This document shows positions 25,721 through 38,400 of a DNA stretch of 64,000 nt, piece by piece. The position numbers and the translations under genes are program-made. This DNA comes from Camelus dromedarius (taxonomy: Eukaryota). The notes under the pieces were generated by a model. That model had not been told where the DNA came from. It searched no databases and saw nothing but the letters and a program-made list of their open reading frames with translations. The stretch is taken from assembly GCF_036321535.1 (NCBI RefSeq), contig NC_087447.1, positions 37,574,001 through 37,638,000 of the forward strand, given 5' to 3'. The first letter of the stretch is position 1. The number at the start of each line of letters is the position of its first letter.

Positions 25721-26684
25721 GGTGAGTGTTTCTTCCAGGGCTGTCTGTGCCCTGTGACCCAGGCGCTCACACAGGAAGTATGTCTCCTCTCCTTTCTGCA
25801 CCTCAGAAAAGTCTTCCATAACTTTCCCAATGTTCCTGCAAATCATTGCCAACATGGTGCCATGATCTCCAGCCTAGAAGCCTGTGAACTGGAGACAGAG
25901 ACAAAAGAACAAATGCTTAAATTATCTGATGAATGTCAGATACATTAAACTAATTTATGTAATAATGTAAGCACAGTGATGGGAAGGTAATATGAGAGAC
26001 ATAAATTATACATTATTATTGTCAGCTCCAGCACTTATCTTAGTAGTGTGTCAAAATACATCTTGATATGTTAACATTTATAGAAATGAACAACAAGTGC
26101 TTGTGCTCAGGGATCCAGCAGTGAGAAGCTGGATGTCATTTGCATGTGTGCATTAAGCCATCCTTGTCTTGCCCAGAATGACAAGGGAATGGGAAGAGGG
26201 TGTCCATGTGCTTAGCTCCCCCAAAGAGCTCTGGGTTCAAATGCCCCTGGCTTGAGTTCTGGGATGTGGTCAATATGGAAAGCCATGGCATGCGGGAAGC
26301 ATGGTCTTGTGGTCAGACTGACAAGTTACCAGCTCTATAATCCAAGTCATCACATCTCTTCAAACCTCAGTTTACACATCTGTGAAATGGGAATAATAAA
26401 TCTATCTTCAAAAGACTGCCCTAAGCATAAAATGAAACCATTTTGTTTTTCTTCTCATGGAAGCATCTCCAGGGTAGTGGTGATAGGGATGGGATAGGAT
26501 AAGATAGGTGTATCTGAAGCCATCTTAAATACTGGAAGCTTGAAGGAAGAATGTCTTACTCATCTCAAGCACCATCACTGACTGCCAGACTATGGTTATG
26601 TTTATTTACCTCCATTCCACCCACAAGACACTGTCTGACTTTTAGTTTCTCTGTTGTGTTATGGCCAGACTATAACTTTTATGC

Positions 26685-26710
26685 CCAGAGTATAACACCA
26701 GAGTATAACA
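26685..26710 (+). repeat. Perfect 13-bp tandem duplication (ccagagtataaca x2)
   Basis: Read directly from the sequence. Confidence 0.9.
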
Positions 26711-27480
26711 CTGATAGCAACCTCCCAGGGCTGAGGTGCAGGGAACTGTGAGTTGATCTTGAACACATCCAAGGCCTGGCTTCTGAGGCACAGGGTCTGA
26801 GAGACTCAGAAGTCTCCAGATATTAGAGGAACTTGCAAGTAGGACAGCCCCCACAGGGAAGTCTGGGCCTGGGGAGGGGACTCTGGCATACAGGGGCAGG
26901 CAGGTGGGCACCCATCCTTGGGAAGAACGACCTGAGGATAACAGCCTATCGCAAGGGAGCCAACAGTGGGCTTCCAGCTAGACCAAAGCCCAGTCCTGAG
27001 CAAAAGCAACCCCAGAGCAGGAGAACCAAAAGGAGGGGCAGACAGAAGCTTGGTAGAGAATCCCAGGAGGGACACTGGGTACAGCCCCAGAAGCTCAGTG
27101 TCCAGCAAAGGCAGAGGCAAACCAGAGCTGTTTCAATCCTGCCTGCCCAGTGTACCCCCAGTCTGGACACATGGACAGGCTGAATCTACAGGGATGGGGC
27201 AGGGAGGACACAGAAGGCACTGAGCCCAGAGGTGGGGAGCTGGAGAAACAGAAGCCAGACATGGGGAGTAGCAATGGCCCTGAGGCTGGAACCTGGATCC
27301 CTCTAATCTGCCTCCTTCCCCCTCTGTCTTTAAGACCTCACCTTTTAGGCCTCTTGTTTCCTCCACAGCTGGAACTCAGGAGAGCCTATATTCACCTTCT
27401 AGACTTCAGTTTCTCTGTCCTGAACAGGAGCCAAAAGGCCTTGCCACATAGTCCTGTCCCCTCTGGACTGGCCATCTCCC

Positions 27481-27635
27481 CAGGGCTGAGACCAGGGTGA
27501 GGCAGGTAAGGAGCTCAGAATCCACATTTAAGGAGCTGGAGATGCTCCCTCGCAGGCTGGTGCACATAAGGGGGAGTGTCTCCTTCAACATTGCACCCTG
27601 CTTACTGCCATTGCCTCACCCTAGTCCTGGCCCTG
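27481..27635. mobile_element. MER96-like palindromic hAT MITE
   Basis: 24-bp TIRs: cagggctgagaccagggtgaggca versus the reverse complement of the right end, cagggccaggactagggtgaggca. Confidence 0.8.
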
Positions 27636-28044
27636 AGCCTCCAGCCCTCCAGGGCCTGCAGCAGTGAGCATCCTTGGAGTTCCCAGGGCAATCTTCAAGG
27701 CCACAGCATGCTCACCTCTAACAGGCCACATTGAGTTGAGGAAAAGCCTGTCCTGCCTGGACAAAAACACCTTCTCTTGGCTCCTTATGGTCCCTGGGGA
27801 AATAAGCAAAGCTATGAATACTTAAGTCCAGTCCTGCCCTCTCCTGTCCAGGAGGCCTTCATGACAAGTCCATCATCCATGGAGTAACTTCCAACCTTCT
27901 TGACTTAGCATTCAAGGCCATTGTCTGTTCCAGCTTTCAGCATGCTCTGATGTGACCACTTGCTGTGTGACTGACTGGACGGTGAGCATCTCCAGGGAAA
28001 GCACTGCCCCTCTTCTCAGTGCCTGGGGCACGGGTATGTGATGT

Positions 28045-28375
28045 GTTACTGAGCACTTTTTAACCAGATGCTGTGCCAGATACTGGGTATCCTACAGAAA
28101 TCACCAGACACTAAGCCCTTACTTTCAAAGAACTTATACTCTAGTTGGGAGACACAAACAAAATACAAATGAAACATGTAATACACCACGATACATGTGC
28201 CAGGAAAGGGACAGTGAGACAAAATGGGGTTTGCTGTTTTAAAGACAGTGCTCAAGGAAGACCTCTCTGAGGAGTTGCTGTTTGAGGAGAGAGGTATAGG
28301 AATCAAGGCAGCAAGCCACATGGATATTGCGGGGAGATCATTCTGGAGTGAAGACAGCAAGTGTAAAGCCCCATG
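28045..28375 (-). mobile_element. L2 fragment
   Basis: ttactgagcac...aagaacttatactctagttggg...ggaagacctctctgaggag...agcaagtgtaaagccc. Confidence 0.7.
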
Positions 28376-28959
28376 TAGATGTACGTCTGCCTTCTCTCAC
28401 AGCCCCCGGCAAGGCCTGTGCCTTGGCCACATCAAAGCAGTCTTTCGTGGCTAGACTCCTATACATGCTAGTCCCTCTATGTGACATGCCTTTTACCCTC
28501 TATTCTCTGCTCAGAAAACTCCTACTCATTCTTCAAAACCCATCTTTAAATCACTTATTTGTAGGCTTCCCTGACAGGTAGGTACAACTGGCTTCTTCCT
28601 CTTCCGTGCTGTCACAGCAGTTTGCACAGCCTTGATGATAGCAGTTTAATAGATCTGTCTCCTCTGTAGACTGTGAGCTCTCCAAGGGTAGAAGCCTCCG
28701 TGGTCCAACATAGAACCTTATGTATAGGTATTCCTGCAAATAGTGATCAAACTTATCTTCATGAGTGATCCCTTGTTTCTAAGTAAAATACATCTCTTTC
28801 TCTCTTTCATGGCCCGCTTTGTAGGGTGATTATAAAGGTCTGCAAAGATAGTGATAAGAAATGACTTTCCTCCAATGACACACTTATAGATTAATCCTTG
28901 GCCCAACTTTATTAAGAAAAAAAGTCAATTTGTCAAAAAGTCAATAAGTCAAAATAAAT

Positions 28960-29515
28960 TTGGGGCAGGGGGGCGGAACTCCCTCTAACCCCTCTTGGTT
29001 CTTCGGACTGTAGAGTAATTAAAATGACATAAAACAGATTAACGGGGAAATTTTTTTATCACATACAAACAGGGTAAATCCTTATAAACATTGGAGGTTC
29101 TGAAGACAGTCAGGCAAAATCAGGTATATATGTTATTCTGGACTGAGGAGAAGAGGGCAGGGTTTAGGACTTCAAAGGAAAGGAAAGTAATTCACATAAA
29201 GATGAAAAAAGAGCAAATGTTTGGGTAACAAATGTTTGCTAGGCCACGTAGAAACAATAGGACACAGAGAGGAATTTTAACAAACGGACTTTGTTAGGTT
29301 CCTCCCTGCCTACCATACCTAGTCCATATTGTACTATAGGCATTTCTGGTGATGGTTCCCTTCCCAGAACAGATCCTCTATCTAAATACTTTCAGGAAGT
29401 TAGGAGGAAGTTAAAAGTTTCTTCCTGAGATTTCTGTTTCTTAAAAACAATCAGTCCAAAGTAATCTTCATGCCAAAAGAGCACATTTTGGGGTGGCAAA
29501 TTTTCCTTTCCTACA
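28960..29515 (-). mobile_element. ERV1 solo LTR (MER34-like)
   Basis: Minus strand begins tgtaggaaaggaaaatttgccaccccaaaatgtgc, as in recalled MER34-group LTRs; ~555 bp. Confidence 0.7.
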
Positions 29516-29583
29516 AAATAAATCCTATTACTATAACAGCAGATTCCAATGAAAGAGCTCCACCATTAGAATGGGACATCCTG

Positions 29584-29908
29584 CATAGAAAACAAACTGT
29601 GGTTACCAGGCAGAAAAGGAGGGGGATAGATTAGATATCTGGGATTAACAGATACACATTACTACATATAAAATAGATAAACAACAAGGACCTACTGTAC
29701 AGCACAAGGAACTATATTCAATTTCTTGTAATGAGCTGTAATGGAAAAGAAACTGGAAAAATATATATGTAGGTATGTATATGTGTAACTGAATCACTTT
29801 GCTGTACACCTGAAACTAACATTGCAAATTGACTACAATTCAATAAAAAGTAAGAGTTAAAAAAAACAATAAAGTGCACTGGGGGAGTGACATGAAAAAA
29901 AAAAAAAA
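29584..29908 (+). mobile_element. 5'-truncated L1 3' end with double A-tail
   Basis: aaacaaactgtggttacc...aacaacaaggacctactgtacagcac...tcactttgctgtacacctgaaactaac; A-run ~29859-29866, then AATAAA 29868 and A14 at 29895-29908. Confidence 0.85.
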
Positions 29909-30132
29909 GACTATGACATTCTTGAGGTCAGGACACTTAAAAAAAAAAAAAAAACTATCTGTGCGTCATTATTTGCCCAGCAATGCCTAGTGCCTGAGAT
30001 GAAAGTCAGAAAATGTTTGATGAATGAAAAGTTACGGGTCTTTCTTAGGAGAACAGTAGTGGAGAAGAAACTCCGTTTAGTTTACTGTGTTTTGGTCAGT
30101 GCAGCCAGACCAACACAAAACATTCAACCAGA

Positions 30133-30328
30133 GCACAAGTCAGCAAACCATAGCCCTGGGCCAAGGATGGCCTCCAACTCCTGTTTTTGTAAGTAAGGTT
30201 TTATTGGGATACAGACACTTCCATTTGTTTACCCATCATTGTCTATGGCTGCTTTCATGGGACAATGGCAGCGTTGAGTGTTTATGACACAGACTGGTCC
30301 TTTATAGGAAAAAGTTTGCTGGCCTCTG
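30133..30328 (+). mobile_element. MER58A-like hAT element
   Basis: gtcagcaaac...cctgtttttgtaagtaaggttttattggga...tgtctatggctgctttc...aaaaagtttgctggcctctg. Confidence 0.8.
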
Positions 30329-30649
30329 AATTAGAGAATCACGGAAAAGAATGTATAGTCAAGTACAGACTGCCACGTGAATGGCCCCTGGATGCTGTCC
30401 ATGATAAAAACTCTCCACATCACTTCTTCCCTCTGCAGTACAGACAGCACCTTCCTTGGCTCAGTTCTCCTAGGCACTGTGTTGGTATAATGACCACAGA
30501 CCCGTCCCCACCTGAGATGGCTGGAAGATAGAAGTTCCCCCAAAGCCAGCTTCAGCGGGTAAGGATGCCAGCTCTCCTTTCATCTGATCTACAACCCCCC
30601 TGACACCCAACCAGCAATATCATTTTCCCCATCTTCTTGCAAAGCCAAG

Positions 30650-31550
30650 CAACTTTGCCCACCCATTTGCCATTCGACAAAGTCTTTTAAACAGATGACT
30701 TTTAATAAGTTAATCCATTCATTGTCTGGAGCTCTGAAAACTGACATAAAAGCACAATGACGCCTAATTAAACTTGTTCTGTGAAAACTAATTTGTCAAA
30801 CCCAGAAGCACAGTTCATAGATAAATGCTAATATTTGAAAGTCAAATTAAAGTTGAAAAGGTTTGTAATAACAGTTAATTAACTCTTGTTTTGTTTTCCT
30901 TCACTGCAAACTGGAACCAACTGCATTGCGGGCGCCTCTTTAACATTTTGGACCACAAAGATGAAATTCAAAGCTTTGAGATACGCCTTTGATGTTGGTA
31001 TTCTCTGCAGATTCGATATTATTTTAAGTCTCTTTGTTTAAAAATTCATTTTTATTATCCCTGCATGAAATGCATGGCAATTCCCCAAATAACGAGCCAT
31101 CAGTGCAATTAACATCGTCGATCGACACCAGCGTCCTGATAATTAATACAGACGCGCTGCCTCCCCAGCGAGAACTGTGAGGGCTTGATTTTTCAGAGCA
31201 ACTGTTCATTTACAGACTCAGCTTCAACCTAATGAAAATGGATTGTGAAACTTTAATGAACAAGACTTTGCTGTCATAATAATAAAGACTTTGAAACAAC
31301 GCGGAGGCCTCCGCAGCAAGCGTCTGGCGCTGTGCATGTTGCTACGGTACATCAAACCAATTAAGCCATATGATGAATATTTACACCGAGGTTTTTTTCA
31401 ACTCTATGACATAAGATAAACTCGTAAAAGTGAGCATTAATTCTGCATCAACAGTTTCTGACATTACATCGCAGCAAAGACGCATCCGCCCAGCCAAAAG
31501 CCTGTGTCTGCCTACCTCTGTTTTGTCTTAATAAATGTCAACAAAGGATT
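30650..31550. promoter_or_regulatory. Candidate deeply conserved non-coding element or developmental enhancer
   Basis: ~900 bp of unique AT-rich sequence with many retained CpGs, TAATTA/CAATTA sites (~30765, 30876, 31140, 31358), CCTTTGATG 30986, TGACA/TGTCA sites and four perfect palindromes. Confidence 0.65.
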
Positions 31551-31894
31551 AGAACATTCTGAAAATCCAATTTGCAAGCGCAGGTTGTGAGTACAAGTGC
31601 AAGGAAAATATCTTCCTTGAGGTGCATGTCTGTTTGTGTATGTCTGGGTGTGTTTCGCTTGTGGGTATGTGTATAATAGTACCCGGGTGGGCCTGTTTTG
31701 TATGCGTGAGTCTCTGTGCCCGGGGGTAGTGTGTGTCTGCCTTGTGTGCATGAATCTGTAGGGGTGGGGGGGTGTAACAGTGCATAATCTCATTTCTCTG
31801 TGCATATATCATATGTGTGTAAATGTTTATATCTCTGAGACTATATATATGGGAGAGATTTTATGGGTTTGGGTTTGTATGACTATTCCTTGTA

Positions 31895-32235
31895 TCCATT
31901 CAACAATATTTCCTGAGCACCTATTACGTGCTAGACAATGTGAAGTTACAGTGGTTATAAAATCTTTGAAAGCATCTCTACTCAGGGCACTATGATCTGG
32001 TGGAAGAATCTATACATCAATTAATATCTAATCAGAGTAAAGCATGCTAAGTGCTAAGATGGAAAAAGGAAACAGTATTTTGAGTGTGCATAATAGGGAC
32101 GTATAACCTACATTAAGAGAAATTAGGAAAGACTTCTCAGGGAAAACTGGGATATAAGCTGAGACCCAAAGATAAGGAGAAGTTAGCCAGGCAAAAGAAG
32201 AGGGAGGTGAAGAAGACACATCTAGGTGCCTCCAT
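31895..32235 (-). mobile_element. L2 3' fragment
   Basis: ccattcaacaatatttcctgagcacctattacgtgctag...ggaaagacttctcagg...aagctgagacc. Confidence 0.7.
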
Positions 32236-34414
32236 GTGTGCACATGTGCTGTGAGTGTGGCCGATGGATTTTGTCTAGGGTCTGTGTGGCTTCTGTGTGT
32301 GTGCTATGAACAACACACGCATGCATGCATTGTATACCCAGGCCTCGATGTCTCAAGAATCCTAGCACTCCCTGGTGGGAAATATCTCAAAACCAGATAC
32401 CATTCATCTGGCTTGTAAATGATGCCAATGGAGAGCAAAGGAAGGCTCAGGGCAGCAACTCTGGATTAAAAGATCTGTCACCCCCATTTCTAATCTAACC
32501 AAAATTTGGCAGTCAAGTTTACACGTACCCAGGATTGCCTGAGGTTCTTTTTTACAGAAGCCCAGAACTTCCCAGAAGCTAACGGAAGATGGATTTACCC
32601 TGCGGTTTTGAGCCCGAGCTCAGTAGCTTAGGACTTTTCAAGTCAGAAGATTCCAAACAATCTTCTTGTAGAGCAAAGATGTCAGATATAGACAAGTCCA
32701 CCAACTACAGTAACTTCTAGACCTAGCTGTATCTCAGCCATATACAATTGTGCAAACAGGCATGAACACAAAAGAACATTTCCTGATTCTTGTATGGTTT
32801 AAAAAAAAAACTGTCAGGGAGTCACCATTGTTCACAAGCAAGCTATATCAGAGCAGTGTAAGATGGTACAATTTGTTTTCCAGGTGGAGGATAGGTCACA
32901 ACTGACACCTGGTGTGTTCAGAGCACATCCAGACACAAGGAAGGCAGCAATGTGACCAAAAGAGTGTCACAAATCATGTACCTTATCCAAGGGGGCTTTT
33001 CAGGCATTTGAAAACTCATTTTAGTGACAAAATTCCTGGATGTTCTTTTTCCTAGCTATAGAAGGGGAGAGGCAGTCAATTAAATTTGTAGAGAAATCTA
33101 CTATTTGCGGGGGCAGCAGCAGCAGTGATGAGGCAGAAGTTTGTTTGGGGGCCACTTATAATGGAAACACAGTCCTCTCTGCCTTCTGAGCAGTGGCTGG
33201 TGTTCATCGTCATGACCCTGAGTCCCCAAGAGATGGTTCAATCACTCAGTTTCCTCTGGTAAAGAAAGGCATCAAGATCTGCAGCAAAATCATTTTTTAA
33301 AGATTTGAATGTTTAAAGTGTTAGCCTTTGGCTCTCCAGAAAGTTCAGCTACCCTGGTTCAGATTCGATAACATACTGAGTACCAACTAGGCATTGGGCT
33401 AGGTATTTCCACCAGTCATCTCATAGAATTCAAGTCAAAATTCTGAGAAGTAGTATTTATTACCTCTATTTTAGAGATGAGGAAATTGAAGCACAGAGAA
33501 GTCAGTTAGTAAAGGGCAGGGACATTCCTTTTGGTTCTCACTCTTCCTACTTCTTCCAGAACAACAAATTGCCCCAGGGCTCCAGAGACATGAGATCTTA
33601 CATCAGACACTTAAAATTTTCCCACACATCCATCAGCAGGCAATGCCATCGCTATCTGAGAGGTTCTCTTCCATTTGCATTGATCCCAATCCTCTGTCAG
33701 CCTCGGAGTTCTGGCTGGGCCTTCCTCTCAGGACCAGCAGAAATTGGGACTTCTGAAAGCAGAGCTTCAAGTAAGATTAGATTACTCAGAGAGATGTATC
33801 TGAGGACACAGACCCTCCCTGACACACCAAAAAGGCTTGGACATGGGAAGTGACATTTATGCTTTTCTGTGAGCCCTCTCCTCTAGTCTGCACAAAGGAC
33901 CTGTAAATATGTGCATCTATAATGTGCATCTGTATATAAGCCTACCCTGCAGAATTCCCCTCTGCTGTGCCAGGCACCATGCAAGCCTTAGCTCTACTCT
34001 TAAAGATGCAGCAAGTAGGTAACACAACCCCAAGAAACCTGAGGTGCAGAGAGGGTTAGCAAGTTACTCAAAGTCACTAAACCATGAGTGGAAGTCCTGG
34101 GATTTGAACACAGGATGTGTGACTCAAGTCCAGTATTCTTTCAGTTGTATTATGCTGCCTCTGAGAAGCCCCAGACCGAAAGGGACTAAGTCTATCACAT
34201 CTGCAAAGGTCTGTCCACTTTGGGGTTCATGATACAGAAAAAGAGGGTTGATTGTCTCTTATCATGGGCTCCTGGGACAGCCCAGCTCCCTGGCTGGAGT
34301 CTCCTGAATCTTATAGGGCGAGGGGAGAAGACCTAGTTCTGTGCCCCCTGAAAGCAAGGGAGCCTCATCATCCATCCTGGAGACTTAGAACAAAGACTCC
34401 CAGAGATCTGCAGA

Positions 34415-34610
34415 CCTCAAGCATCATCTAGTCTAACCTCTTTGCAATATCTCAGGTCCTCTAATGGAAAACTCTCAGTGGCTACAAATTCATTCCAAAT
34501 GCTGTTCATTCTATTTTTTATAGAGTTCTTATTCTGCAGAATTAAATTAGAGTTAAAGTCTGTCTCTCTATAGCTTCTCTCCACTGGTCCAACACTGAAC
34601 CCTTCTTCCA
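34415..34610 (-). mobile_element. L3/CR1-like LINE 3' fragment
   Basis: tcatctagtctaacctc...ctgttcattct...agagttctt...gtctgtctctctatagcttc...ccactggtcc. Confidence 0.5.
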
Positions 34611-35229
34611 TGGGACCCCCTTTCCATTCTGAGTGTAAAAGCGGTGGGAACAGGTGGCCCTCCTCGGGGTGCACACAGCAGGTCTGTGGGTCTCCATTTT
34701 CCTCGCTGAGCTTCGCTGGGTCTCAGACTCGAGGACTGTCTGGCTGTCAGACCAGCGCTGAGCCCTGGGATGATCTGACCAGCCCTCTCTGCGGGAGGGA
34801 CGAGGGAAGGGTCTGCGCTCTGACCAGGTTTCAGCCTCTGTAGCCTCTGCTGGTCAGAGCTTCCTGGGAAGTCTCACCCCATCAGACAGTGCCTCCTCTC
34901 CAACCTCGACACTGGATCCTGTGACTCATCAACCCCAGGGGTCTAAAGACCTGTTAGGTCCTTAGCAAAGTACCTGAGTGCCCATCGAATATGTGCTAGC
35001 ATATTATGTCGTTATTATTATTACGATTACTATTGTTACCTGACAGTAGTATCCCAGGGTAATAAGAAGGGGGCGAGGGGGCACTAAGGCTCACTGAAGA
35101 CTATATGCTGCCTTTGATTTGGTAAGAAAATCTGAGTTCTAACTGCAGTTCCACCATTAAAAACTGGTGATGAAGAGGAGGAGGAGGAGGATTTTGATGA
35201 TGAGAGCCATAGGCAAAAGCGATCACTTT

Positions 35230-35410
35230 TCTACCAGGCACAGTGAATTGAGTGCCTACAACAACCCTGTAAAGTGGATACTATTATTTGCCTCATTTTA
35301 CAGATGAGGAAACTGAGGCTTAGAGATGTTAAGGAAATTGCCAAGCTCACATAATCAGTAAGTAATGGGATGAGAATTTTGTGGTCCAAGAGTCCTTGAG
35401 CTTATGCTAC
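35230..35410 (-). mobile_element. MIR SINE
   Basis: acaacaaccctgt...cattttacagatgaggaaactgaggcttagaga. Confidence 0.8.
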
Positions 35411-38400
35411 CAACCATGTGATACTTCCTGTCACTAACCTGCTGTGTGAGTTCAGGCAAGACACCTTCCTTCCCTGGGCTTCAATTCCTCAGCTCCTAGG
35501 ATTTTCACAGTTCCCAGGGAGGTCTGGGGAAGCCGAATCTCTCCCACTGGGCAGCCACCCTCCACCTTCCTGCATCTGAATTCCCTCCTGGCTGCCAGGG
35601 CAGCTCTCAGGCTCATCTGAACATGCAAATCAGAATTAATTATTCAAGACTGGGCCCACTTTGCATACCAATTCCATTTTCTTCTGTGTGGGAAGGTTCT
35701 CACCCCTTTTAACAGTTTAGAATAATATGCCTCAGACCTCAAAAATGAAAACAAAAGTTAAAAAAAAAAAAAAACTGGAGGAAGAAGGGATAAGCTAGTT
35801 TCTTTCACTGGTTGCTCTCTGACTGGGGCCAGGCTGGGCTGGCTGGAAACCAGGAGGGCAGAGGCCTCTGCAGGCTGGATGGTCTCTGCCATGAATGGTC
35901 AACAAGATGTTCTTGAATTCCTGGATTGTGGTTATCTCTGAGAATATGATTAAAATGTGAAATCTTATCTCCAGAATAGATGCAAGTCTACAAAATATGG
36001 TGTACAAGTATGGAGTGTCTCCTGAGAACCTGAAACTCAGCTCTGGACCTGTGGTTAGAAAGCTCAGAAATGGCTTAAATCAGAAACATGGTGGGCTTGA
36101 AAGCCCTTCGGATTCCTGGGCATGCAGGGTGTCAATGAGAGTTAGGAAAGATGCCCAACTTCGTCAAACACAGTTTACCTGTGATGCCTAAAGACCCCTG
36201 GTCCTTCACTGAGACGGAGGTAGACAAGAGCCCATCCCCAGGCATGACAGCCTTGATTGGCTCACCTGAGACTATGTGCTTCAAGGAAGATATCTTCAAC
36301 TGCATTTCTGCAGAAGATGAAAAATTCATTGTTTACAAAGTAGACTATTTTCTATGATCACAATTATAAAAATAACCACACAGAAGCAAAGATGAGCAGA
36401 AAATAAGTAAAAAATTTTAGTAAAACAACAGGTACTATTTTTCCTTTAGTTAATTTTCTATTTTTTTTCTAATTTTCCATAATGAAAAGTTTTGCCTCGT
36501 GATGAAAAACACATCAAGTTTAGCTTCAACATTAAAATGGAAGACCCAGGGGTGGCCCACGATTGGTTTCTAAAAACAGAGGCGAATGGGTTCTATCATG
36601 ATATTAAAAATAAATAAATAAACAATAGAAATTGGATTAACATATAGGAACAGCTCTGATGACCTGAATGCAAGCAGGGAAAAGAAAACTGGCTGGGGAA
36701 AAACAGAATAAACCATGCACTCAGAGAAAGACAGAGGGCAGAGCCTATGTGGCCCCCACCATCCCTGAAAGAGAGAGAGAAAAAGTCACACCCTGGCCCA
36801 GACTCCCCTAGGAGACCTGTCTGAGTTCTGTGACACAGCTTTCATCTTTCCAGTAAATCCTCTTTTTGCCTAAACTGGTTTGTGTGGCTTGGTTGCCTAT
36901 AACCAAATAATACCTGAGACAGTGGGAAGCCCAACAGGACATGTGTATCTAGTCTGTGATCGAGGGTCTGTGACATCTGAGTGAGTGTGGGTGACATCGG
37001 AGAAATTATGTGGAACATCTGCATGGGTGTGTTTGTGTAACAGGCTGAGTGTGTGTAACATCCAAGCATTTGTGACATCTTGAGAGAGAGTGTGTGTGAG
37101 ATCAAAGTCAGTGTATGTAGCACTGGAATAAGTATGCATAGTTAGCTGGAGTCAATAAATGTTTAAATCTGTGACCTGTCAGTTGTAATTTCTATCAATT
37201 TCCCCTCCACAATCTGGTCTTATACTCAGCCCAAGGGTCCCATCTTTGTAAATCTCACCTGGCGCCGAGGCAGACTTTCTCAGGATGCCTTTCTGCTCAG
37301 CTCCACCGGCCTGCGGAGAGAAGAGCAGCCAGTCAAGCGCATCCCCTCCCTGCTCTTCAGGCAATGTCAGCTGATTCTCTGCAACCCCTGTGGAAAACTA
37401 GCCCGGGGCCAAAGGGCAGTTCCCCCTGATCTTAGCGTCAGGCTAGAGTCTCATCTGATGCTCAAAGCAACTCTTCAGTATTGTCAGTGCAGAGATAACC
37501 ATTTCTGTGTCACAGGTAAGTAAAACTGAGGTCCAAGTGATGAAGAGACTCACCTGAGTTACACAGATTAGGAGCAGTCAGGATTTGAGCTCAGGTGTCC
37601 TGACTCCAGAGCCTGCATCCTCCCCAGGACATCACATTCCTCCCAACCAAACTCTGCAGATGTCATGATTAGTTTTTCTCAGCCCTACTCTGGTCTCAGG
37701 TCTCTTCCAGTTTCCCTTCAAGAGCTCCCAGATGGGCATCCATGGCAACACTGAGACCTGAGACTGTGGCAGCAGGAGTCAAGCCACACCCCACCTGCTG
37801 GTGGCTTTGAGCACAGGAGTTGGGAGGAAGGACACCAAGCCTGCAATGTGTCCAGGCCTACACCTGAGCAGTTGTGGGAAGGCAGATGCATTCTGTGGGT
37901 TTCTTGGGGTTGATTTTATTTGAAGAACTGATGACACAGAAATTGCTGCATATAAACCCTTGCTAAAAGTGCTTTATCAAAGCTGATGCAGAGCCCAGAA
38001 AGCTCAGGAGATATGGCCTGGTTGAGCACTGTAGCAGGGGTATGTTTCTAAAGTTCCTTCTGGAAAATGGGGAGACTTTAGCCATAGCCAGTGGGTGTGA
38101 GGAAGGCTGAAGGCTGATCAAACTTGGCTGAAGTCCAGAAGAAAAATACATTGTTTCACTAAATGCTGAGGCCACTGAGGTGTGTAGCATTGGGCACTGC
38201 CCCTGTTTCATCCTGTTTCCTTTCCTGTTGGTTCAATGAGACCTGCCCAGCCCACAGAGCCAGCTGCAATGACCAATGAAATTATGTGGGTTAACTCCTA
38301 TTCCATTGCCCCAAAATATGTGACTTTCCCGGAAGCGAACCCCTACCACCACAGCTAGGCTTGAAACTCCAATGGGATTTGCTCTCTAAAGAGAATCTTC

